A stretch of 11,607 nucleotides of DNA from Octopus sinensis (Eukaryota). This document shows positions 1 through 7,939 of this stretch, in pieces. Each line of letters begins with the position of its first letter. The first letter of the stretch is position 1. The stretch covers positions 1-11,607 of the forward strand of contig NW_021826744.1 in assembly GCF_006345805.1 (NCBI RefSeq). The letters are read 5' to 3'. The position numbers and the translations under genes are program-made. The notes beneath the pieces were generated by a model. It made no database searches. It saw nothing but the letters and a program-made list of their open reading frames with translations, and was not told the DNA's origin.

Positions 1-40
1 GTACCAAATATTGAAAGCCGTGTTAGTTTCGAATTTAAAG

Positions 41-232
41 TAAGGTGGCGAGCTGACAGAATCGTTACTGCGCCAGGCAAAGTACTTAACGGCATTTCTT
101 CCGTCTTTACGTTCTGCGTTCAAATGCCGCCGGGGTCGACTTTGCCTTTCACCCCTTCGAGATCGATAAACTAATTGCCAGTTGAATATTGAGGTCGGTG
201 AAATAGATTCAACCGCATCCTCTTCAAATTAG
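41..232 (+). mobile_element. tRNA-derived SINE, family A (diverged, near full length)
   Basis: The head TAAGGTGGCGAGCTGACAGAATCGTT is A-box-like and GTTCAAATGCC (118-128) is B-box-like. The body GGGGTCGACTTTGCCTTTCA...TCGATAAA recurs at 1910, 7249, 8628 and 10826. The 3' boundary is approximate. Confidence 0.85.
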
Positions 233-510
233 AAAGCTCAACCAACTGGAAATAAAAGAAGTCTCTCTTAAAATCACACTATTCAGTTTTTGAAAAAAAA
301 TGTGGGGACAGATTTGATAAAGATTTTATGGGTCCACTATTCTTGAAAAAGAAGCTGGTCATCCTTTAAATTTCTTTGATCTCAGATGCAAGCATGGCTA
401 TGAGATCAAGAAGCTTAGTTAATAACCACGGCCTAATCTAGTCAGAAATTTCCTGAGAAAAGATATGGATGTTAAGCGGTAGCATGCATCTGAATTAATT
501 ATTTCTACCT

Positions 511-1159
511 AGAGCCGGATTATGACCCATGGAGGCCATAAGCACTTAAAAGATTTTGGTGCCCCCATATGTATATATATATATGTCATTCAAAATATAA
601 CAATAATTTTTCGAAACGGATTTACCGCACTACTCGATACAAGCCAGGCAAAAGCCACACAGACATCGTAGTCAGCCATAAGGTATCGTAGCAAATGCGT
701 CTCAAAGATTCTGGTCTCGTTCGTGCCTCCCACTCACCGCTGGATTAAACATTAAGCAAAATAAGCACGCAGTTATAGCATCAAGAAAGGAGGACACCAC
801 AGAAATTGTAAATGGTTTACGGCCCAAAAGAAATCCCTTTAAACTTTTCCCGATGGTTAGTGAAAGGTTTTTCTTTTAATAATATTCGTGATGCCTAATC
901 TCTATTAAATATAGAAGCAGATGTGTTACGTAAGATTAGTTTTGTCGGTCTGATCAAAGACTTTGTAATTTAAAAAGTAGGAGAAAACTTCTCAAACATA
1001 AAGTGGAAGTATACAGAACTAAATATTCTCCATCTTATTTTTAGTTTCGTTTTATTTTGAAAAATATGAATTTATTTCATGGTTTTATTATTGTTTATAT
1101 TTTGGGGGCACCAAAATATCTTGAGTGCATGGGGCCTCTATGGGTCTTAATCCAGCCCT
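511..1159. mobile_element. MITE / non-autonomous DNA transposon with long imperfect TIRs
   Basis: 511-567 (AGAGCCGGATTATGACCCATGGAGGCC...ATTTTGGTGCCCCCA) is the imperfect reverse complement of 1103-1159. The match resumes after a ~25-nt TA-rich insertion in the left arm (AAAATATAACAATAAT, ~592-607, vs 1085-1102). There is no internal ORF and no convincing TSD. Confidence 0.8.
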
Positions 1160-1185
1160 TCCACCACCTCTAGATTTATTGACCT

Positions 1186-1590
1186 AAATTCTCTTTTACT
1201 TGTTTCAGTCATTTGACTGCGGCCATGCTGGAATACTGCCTTTAGTTGAGCAAATCGACCCCAGGGACTTATTCTTTGTAAGCCTAGTACTTATTCTATC
1301 GGTCTCTTTTGCCGAATCGCTAAGTTACGGGGATGTAAACACACCAGCATCGGTTGTCAAGCGATGTTGGGGGGGGGGACAAACACAAACACATACACAC
1401 ACATATATATACAAATATTTATATACGACGAGCTTCTTTCAGTTTCCGTCTACCAAATCCACTCACAATGCCTTTGTCGGCCCGAGGCTATAGCAGAAGA
1501 CACTTGCCCAAGGTGCCACACAGTAGGACTGAAACCAGAACCATATGGTTGGTAAACAAGCTACTTACCACACAGCCACTCCTACGCCTA
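1186..1590 (-). mobile_element. tRNA-derived SINE, family B (CORE-like; resembles octopus OR-type SINEs), full length
   Basis: The reverse complement begins TAGGCGTAGGAGTGGCTGTGTGGTAAG, contains GTGGCACCTTGGGCAAGTG and an internal (TA)/(CA) tract, and ends GTAAAAGAGAATTT. By hand there are 20 mismatches in the first 160 nt versus the copy at 10320. Confidence 0.9.
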
Positions 1591-1825
1591 TTCGTTCAAT
1601 AAGTGTCATTCTTACCACACCATCCCTAGATTCTGTGCATTTCTGCCTTTCAATCTACATGTTGGACTGCATTATGAGCTGATAAGCCGCCTAACTTGTT
1701 TGATTTAGTAATCGGTTATACTAAGTTTAACAATGAATTCTGATGCAAACAACAGACCAGACAGTTTAGGTGAAAGGTTATTTAATATAGATTATGGATG
1801 ATCAAATCGGCGAAATGACTTGACA

Positions 1826-1901
1826 GGAATTCTGTTATTTCATCGATCCTCGAGAGGATAAAAAGGGGAAATAGAATTCGACATGATTTGGACACAGAAT
1901 G
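1826..1901 (-). mobile_element. Highly degraded family A SINE body fragment
   Basis: TTTCATCGATCCTCGAGAGGATAAAAAGG...TTCGACATGATTTGGACACAGAATGCA aligns loosely to TTTATCGACCCCGAAAGGACGAAAGG...CTCGGCGGAATTTGAACTCAGAACGTA of the 7249 copy. Confidence 0.5.
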
Positions 1902-1909
1902 CACCTTAG

Positions 1910-1985
1910 TATTCGACTGGCAATTAGTTTATCGACCTCAAAGGGGTGAAAGGCAAAGTCGACCCCCGCTGTTTCTGTCAGTGGC
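1910..1985 (-). mobile_element. Internally deleted family A SINE (head fused to body, B-box region lost)
   Basis: 1910-1966 is the reverse complement of 132-188 at 54/57 nt. The adjacent sequence reads CTGACAGAAAC on the minus strand, matching the head of the copy at 41. Confidence 0.8.
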
Positions 1986-2060
<75 letters not shown>

Positions 2061-2495
2061 GATGATGTTGATGATGATGATGATATGATGATGATGATGA
2101 TGATGATGATGATGGTGAAGGTGATGATGATGATGATAATGATGATGATGATTGATAATGAACAATGATGATCTTTATCATCGTCATTATCATTATCATC
2201 ATCATGACAACGATTTTAATAATGAGGAGGAGGCGGCGGCAGCGGCGGAAGAGGAGGAGGAGGAGGAAGAAGAGAATCTGAATCACTGCCGTCAATTGTC
2301 ATTATCAACGCGTCACCACGACACTCATAGTTTTCATCATCATCATCACAACCATCATCCACACCACCACCACCCACCACCATCATCATCATCATCATCA
2401 CTCTAACCACAACCATAACCATCAGCACCACAACCGCAGTCAAAAACCAAACGACGACCACCCACCACCACCACCACCACCACCACCACCACCAC

Positions 2496-2529
<34 letters not shown>

Positions 2530-3095
2530 TCACCCTAACCACAAGCATAACCATCAGCATCACAACCGCAGTCAAAACCAAACGACGACCACCCACCACC
2601 ACCACCACCACCATCATTGCTATAATCATATTCATATTCTTTACCACCATCAAGATCTCCATCATCATCATCATCACATCATATCATCATCATCATCATC
2701 ATCATCGCCGTCGTCGTCGTCATCATCATCGTCATCATCATCATCATCATTATCAAGGCAATAATTGACTTCCCAAGACGCTACTTTTGCTTACGCGAAT
2801 TTTGCAGTCCATAAGATCAGTCGAGTGTAACGACAGCATAAACACCACAATCGCCACCACCACCACCACCACTACAACCACCAACTCCACATTTACTACT
2901 GCCATTATCACCACCACCATCCCCACTGCTATCATCAACACCGCAAACACTACCGCCACCATCGCCACCATTACCACTTCCACCAACATCATCACCACCA
3001 CCACTACCACCACTATAACCATCACCGCTTCCACCGGCGCCACTATAACCATCACCGCCTCCAACACGGCGGGTACTACCGCTACCAGCGCCGCC
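1986..3095. repeat. Compound trinucleotide microsatellite region: (GAT)n, (ATC)n, (GAG)n, (CAT)n/(CAC)n, (ACC)n
   Basis: Directly visible. It generates the poly-M/H/I/E/V/T ORFs in the track. Confidence 0.95.
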
Positions 3096-3520
3096 TCTTT
3101 TAGTGACCGACACACTGAGAGAATTTTAAAAAAAGAAAAGAAAAAAACCCTTTCACCAACCATCGGATAACAAACTCCCTTGTCGGCCCATGCTAGAAAC
3201 CATGGAAACACATTAGCGGTACCAAGTAGAATCGATCAAACACTAAGATCTCAGAACATTATATATCATTCAGCCGTGGTTTTTGGTGAAGGGTTTGTTG
3301 TACGTCGTGAGTGGTGAATGGGAGGAGAGAGAAATTTGGAGTGGGAGGACAGAATGGAGGGAGTTTCATTGGAAGGGCAAGTAAAAACAGAGTTGGAAGC
3401 GTTAGGGGCTGGAATCGAGCTCCTTTGTTTGTTCGGCCATAGCACGGCTTTTCATTAGACGTAAGCGAGAATATAAACACGAGCCAGAAAATTTGTATTT
3501 ATTTGCATACACTCTCTCCC

Positions 3521-3633
3521 AACACCTTCCCATTCTCTCTCTTTATCTCTCTCTCTCTATCTCTCTCTCTCTCTCTCTTTCACATATACACACTCACACA
3601 TATACATGCTCGTGCGAATATCCATTCATATAT

Positions 3634-3682
<49 letters not shown>

Positions 3683-3711
3683 CAGATAGATAGAGAGAGA
3701 GAGAGAGAGGC

Positions 3712-3800
<89 letters not shown>
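3521..3800. repeat. Compound microsatellite: (CT)n, then (TAGA)n-(GA)n-(CAGA)n-(TAGA)n
   Basis: Directly visible; the tetranucleotide block spans 3635-3800. Confidence 0.95.
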
Positions 3801-3801
<1 letters not shown>

Positions 3802-4011
3802 GTTTCTTTATTGGCCACACAGGGCTGCACACATATGGGACAAGTTACAAGGTAGAGCTTTTCTTTTGGGGGAGGAAAAAAACAAAAAACAAAAGAAACA
3901 AAAAAAAGTTGGCGTAGGTTTTCGATCAAAAGGGATCGTAAAAGAGAAAAAGAAGAACAAAAAAAATGTTTTAAAATTTTTAAAAAATAAGATAAAACAA
4001 AAAAAAAAAAT

Positions 4012-4089
<78 letters not shown>
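4012..4089. repeat. (GATA)n microsatellite
   Basis: Perfect GATA run. Confidence 0.97.
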
Positions 4090-4170
4090 CCGTAGTTAAG
4101 TTCCAGGTTCGGTGATTATGCGAATAAGGGGTTCAACGTTGGGATGTATGTTTATGTATATATATATATA

Positions 4171-4384
4171 TTACGGAGATATACTTGCATAGCAAGTGTC
4201 CTGATCTGAGATCGTGTGCTGGAACGAAAACAATTGCAACGTGGAAGGTGTTTATAAGCCATTTAAGAACCACACAAAAACCATTTGATTTTGTTCAACA
4301 TTTAAATTTAATTTGTCAAAATATTTTCGTCGCTTTGAGACCGCGACCTGTTCACTGACGAATTCCGTGCACACTGCAATTGTT
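4171..4384 (+). mobile_element. Right-truncated MITE-like element (second family)
   Basis: Starts TTACGGAGATATACTTGCATAGC immediately after (TA)n and matches 11179-11219 at 32/41 nt. The internal inverted repeat AACAATTGCA (4229-4238) / TGCAATTGTT (4375-4384) marks where the right TIR begins and is then cut off. Confidence 0.65.
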
Positions 4385-4404
4385 AGATATATATATATTG
4401 TTAG

Positions 4405-4446
<42 letters not shown>

Positions 4447-4515
4447 TATATATATAATTTATTGTTAGATATATATATATATGATTTATTGTTAGATATA
4501 TATATATATATATAT
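4380..4515. repeat. Four tandem units of TTGTTAGAT+(AT)n
   Basis: TTGTTAGAT occurs at 4380, 4398, 4462 and 4489, separated by variable (TA)n. Confidence 0.9.
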
Positions 4516-4906
4516 AATTTCAGCAAAAATTTAGATAAATCTAAAAAACATACAAATAAAAGTAATACGAATAATAACTCTCGTGGGATCAGTAATAATT
4601 CAACTAACCCTAAATCTAATTTAAGAAAATATAATAAAGAAAATATAATCTGGTTGAATGTTCCTTTCAACTACGCGATCTTATCGGATATATACGGCAC
4701 ATTCAAATATTAAATATAACCTAAAATGGGATATAGTTAGAAAGGCAGTACCTTATAGAAATAATAGGGTGAGTTGTCAACTCTGTTCCATGGAGACATA
4801 TGAGATTGTAAAGCATAGAAAAAATAAAAAATCTACTGAATAACCGTATAGAATTAGGTCGTCTTGTATTCACTCAAAAATCAAAACTCTACAATATTTT
4901 AAATAG
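4516..4906 (+). pseudogene. Frameshifted, internally deleted remnant of a Penelope-like element ORF C-terminus (GIY-YIG endonuclease region)
   Basis: Motifs in order across frames: NIIWLNVPFN (4642-4671, cf. PLE IIWFNPPY/F), KYNLKWDIV (from 4712), CQLCSMETYEI (4775-4807, cf. C-x-L-C-x-x-E-K), NLLNNRIEL (from 4830, cf. LLNKRSEL) and SCIHSK...YFK* ending at 4906. No GIY/YIG motif lies between the first two. Confidence 0.8.
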
Positions 4907-5842
4907 AAATCTGTTGGTTCTCCCACTGGTGTTCTTTCTAACTATACCTTTTTAATATAAAAATAAATAGTATTTGTACTATGCTAACTTTTAATTGACT
5001 CTATAGTCAATTTAATTAACCTTACTTAAATCATATAAATTGCTAATCTTTCTTAATTCTATTCTAAATTTAATATGTAATACTATTCCCTTAATGATAC
5101 ATTTAATTTTCACTATGAATTTTGAATAAGTAAAATTCCCCAACAAATTGCTATTGAATTCATTTGACCTCTAGATGTCGACCTAAATTCTTTCTTACAA
5201 TATATAAACATAAGTTAAAATAGAAACAATAATAAATAAATAACCTTCTATTCTAATGTTATCCTTAACTTTCTTACTGTATCTTCCTCTACTGATAACC
5301 TGTGACCCCTTTAGTGTTTTCCTTTGATCTCTCTGTATTCTTTATCCCACCATTAACTCTGTGAGCTTCTAAGTTCAGAGCTAGCCGTGATTAAACTTAC
5401 TCTTCTTTTATGAATTTAAGATTCCTTCAACACCGACCTAGATTTTCTGTCACCACAGAAATAGACTAACCTTTGTCTGTGGCATCTTTATTCCCTCTTA
5501 CTCCCCCACTTCTTTCCTCCCATAAGGTCCTTTACTTTGGCTAAACCTACCTCGCTGTCTTTCTTGCTACTATAAAATTCTGTCTGCAACAGTTAGATGT
5601 GAACTGAACCGGTGTGTGACCAGTATCTTTCCTCATGTCTCCTGGAACTTATACCTGCATCTTTATGGATGGATTTACCTTCTCTGAGAAGTTAATAATC
5701 ATTTTAAAAACATTTTTTTAAAAACTGTGCATTGTTGGAAAACATATAAAGTCTGCTTATAATCTTACTTCAAATTCATAGAACTCACTCCTAATACTTC
5801 ATAAGGATATTTACACTCTCTAGGATGTTGAAAAACATATAT

Positions 5843-5937
5843 GTGATTTAGCTGATGAATACTTGACATTATATTTGCTGTAATATTTGCAGCTTTAAAT
5901 AAAATGTTCTTAGTATGAAACAATTATACTAAACTAC
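5843..5937 (+). ncRNA. Type I hammerhead ribozyme motif (minimal stem III, extended stem II)
   Basis: Stem I TTTAG (5847-5851) / CTAAA (5929-5933), plus 3 bp beyond one mismatch. Core CTGATGA at 5852-5858. Stem II ATACT (5859-5863) / AGTAT (5912-5916). GAAA at 5917-5920. Stem III A-C-AATT-A-T. Cleavage triplet ATA at 5926-5928. Confidence 0.8.
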
Positions 5938-5967
5938 TGATCCATTCTTGTTACTTTTTTCTTGGTT

Positions 5968-6420
5968 TATATATATATATTTATATATATATATATATAT
6001 TATACATAAATACATATTGTTATGTATATGTGTGTGTATATATATATATACATATAAGTGTGTGTTTGTATATGTGTGTATGCATACACACACACACACG
6101 TGCATATCTGCAAATGTGCATATAAATGTGTGCGTGTCTCACTCTACGTGTGTGTGTGTATGCTAATGTTCGTATACACTCATAAATACATATGCATTGA
6201 TACGTTTATATATATATATTTTCATTTATACACACACACATAAAAACATGTATGTGTGTAAGTTATGTTTGCATGCATGCATGTATGCATGTATGCATGT
6301 ATATATGTATATATGCATGTAAGTATGCATGCATGCATGTATGTATTATGTATGTATGCATGCATGTAAATGTATGTATGAATATATGTATGTATGCATG
6401 CATGTATGTATGTATGTTAT
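5968..6420. repeat. Compound (TA)n/(TG)n/(CA)n/(ATGT)n/(ATGC)n microsatellite
   Basis: Directly visible. Confidence 0.93.
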
Positions 6421-6427
6421 GTATTAC

Positions 6428-6550
6428 CTTGTTTAGTGAACAATGGCGTTGCGATGTTGGTAAGAGGTTTCCAGCCGGTCAACCACTTGTTTTCATTGCA
6501 TTTGTCACAGCGAGAATGGCAAGGAAGCGTTTGTAAATCAAGGAGCATTG
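6428..6550 (-). CDS. Candidate internal coding exon B of an unidentified host gene (123 nt, phase 1-1): MLLDLQTLPCHSRCDKCNENKWLTGWKPLTNIATPLFTKQ
   Basis: Minus-strand acceptor CCCGCTGCCCTCCTAG|CA and donor CAAG|GTAATA. Length is divisible by 3 and only one of three frames is open. An in-frame TGA lies about 20 nt upstream of the acceptor. The exon is a non-repetitive island among microsatellites. Confidence 0.55.
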
Positions 6551-6704
6551 CTAGGAGGGCAGCGGGTTTTCACTCATGTTTACATCCGATGTGGACATAA
6601 AGTTATAGCACCGATAACCTGTGGAGCCATTGTGCATTCTCATAGATTAAATCTCTCTCATAACTGATATAAAACTGTACGTCCATGAGCGTCTATCATC
6701 ATAT

Positions 6705-6725
6705 ATGTGCGCGTGTGTGTATGAA

Positions 6726-6761
<36 letters not shown>

Positions 6762-6814
6762 TGTGTGTATGTGTATGTGTGTGTGTTTGAGTGTGTGGGG
6801 TGCTTGTGTGTGTG
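6705..6814. repeat. (GT)n microsatellite
   Basis: Directly visible. Confidence 0.95.
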
Positions 6815-7031
6815 GTGGGGTGCTTGTTGTAGAGCTGAAAACGAGGCAATTTGTACTCTTCTCCTCTGGAATCCATCTACTCGCGATACCAGAGGGCGCA
6901 CACTCTCCTACCCTAATGTAATCTCCAGGGATACATGCATCCAGCAACAGGACCTCCGTAATGCTATGATGGACCGTGAAGTCTGGCGTAGCACAGTAAG
7001 TTCTATTGTCTCGAACAATGATGATGATGAA
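6815..7031 (+). mobile_element. 5'-truncated 3' end of an RTE-type LINE
   Basis: Translates to GACCRAENEAICTLLLWNPSTRDTRGRTLSYPNVISRDT...DLRNAMMDREVWRSTV, resembling the RTE-clade ORF C-terminus (LLLW-x-P...GR...AM-x-DR-x-x-WR). It is followed by a short (GAT)n tail at ~7017-7031. Confidence 0.75.
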
Positions 7032-7142
7032 GATTTTCAGAGGCATTTAAGCGTCCGAAATTAGACTTATCCTTCTTGAGCATCCTAAAGGATTTTTCAC
7101 TGCCTTCTACGGTGATCATTATTTTCTCTGTAGCATTCTTTT

Positions 7143-7190
7143 ATTCTTTTATTTGTTCCAGTCACTCGACTGCGGCTATGCTGGAGCACC
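7143..7190 (-). mobile_element. 3'-terminal fragment of family B SINE
   Basis: TTGTTCCAGTCACTCGACTGCGGCTATGCTGGAGCACC matches TTGTTTCAGTCATTTGACTGCGGCCATGCTGGAATACT at 1201-1238. Confidence 0.8.
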
Positions 7191-7248
7191 ATGAAAAAAC
7201 CACTCCGCTCCTTTGTCCTTTCCATGTCGATTCATGTACCAACACCTG

Positions 7249-7673
7249 TAATACCTATTTCTTTATTACCCACAAGGGGCTAAACACAGAGGGGACAAAC
7301 AAGGACATACATAGGTATTAAGTCGATTACATCGACCCCAGTGCGTAACTGGTACTTAATTTATCGACCCCGAAAGGACGAAAGGCAAAGTCGACCTCGG
7401 CGGAATTTGAACTCAGAACGTAACGGCAGACGAAATACCTATTTCTTTACTACCCGCAAGGGGCTAAACACAGAGAGGACAAACAGGGACAGACATAGGT
7501 ATTAAGTCGATTACATCGACCCAAGTGCGTAACTGGTACTTAATTTATCGACCCCGAAAGGACGAAAGGCAAAGTCGACCTCGGCGGAATTTGAACTCAG
7601 AACGTAACGGCAGACGAAATACCGCTAAGCATTTCGCCCGGCGTGCTAACGTTTCTGCCAGCTCGCCGCCTTA
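7249..7673 (-). mobile_element. Young family A SINE with a tandemly duplicated 184-bp body
   Basis: The head (reverse complement TAAGGCGGCGAGCTGGCAGAAACGTTAG, from 7673) is followed by two units, 7434-7617 and 7250-7433. Each contains the B-box-like GAGTTCAAATTCC. The units differ at 6 positions. Confidence 0.92.
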
Positions 7674-7939
7674 TACCAACAAATGTTATATGTTGTATGG
7701 TTAACATTATTTCACTATCCTTCTGCCACCTGTTTCATATTGTTATATTATTCTGGTGACTCATGGCTAAAAGGTTGAACGTTCAATTGATGGTCAGCTG
7801 ATTAGAAGCACCCCCACCACCATCTCATTACCCTTTCCGTTCAACCGTCCTATCATTCAGCCAATTGCATGCTTTCACTCTCAAGTGGAATAGTTCTTTC
7901 CTTTTATTTTTTCCCATTTGGTTTTTATTTCTTGAGAAA

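Larger units (their letters stand above)
4516..5967 (+). mobile_element. Non-autonomous Penelope-like element (ORF remnant + long UTR + hammerhead)
   Basis: Bounded by (TA)n on both sides, with PLE motifs at the 5' end and a hammerhead fold near the 3' end. That 4907-5840 belongs to the element is inferred from its position only. Confidence 0.65.

Noticed and set aside
1200-1602. ORFs (MSSDVGG..., MLGG...) with apparent paralogues at 10260-10687
   Set aside because: The similarity is simply two copies of the same SINE.
1888-3211. Poly-Met/His/Ile/Val ORFs and the Thr-rich mucin-like ORF 2787-3170
   Set aside because: They are translations of trinucleotide microsatellites, open in several frames on both strands, with no splice signals or domain content.
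3259-3480. Minus-strand ORF or terminal exon, and plus-strand 33-nt exon 3274-3306
   Set aside because: The open frames are explained by C/T-rich composition, splice sites are weak, and the peptides are unrecognisable. It cannot be excluded without RNA data.
3501-3508. Octamer motif ATTTGCAT as a promoter element
   Set aside because: A single 8-mer in AT-rich DNA with no supporting promoter context is expected by chance.
6437-6459. Plus-strand 23-nt micro-exon (TTTAG|...|GTAAGA)
   Set aside because: It overlaps the better-supported minus-strand exon, its length is not a multiple of 3, and it has no partner exon.
7250-7617. CRISPR-like or satellite array
   Set aside because: There are two full-length near-identical units with no unique spacers and no cas genes, in a eukaryotic context.
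7618-7673. tRNA gene (also at the other SINE heads)
   Set aside because: A/B-box-like motifs are present, but I found no complete cloverleaf and the sequence continues into SINE bodies.
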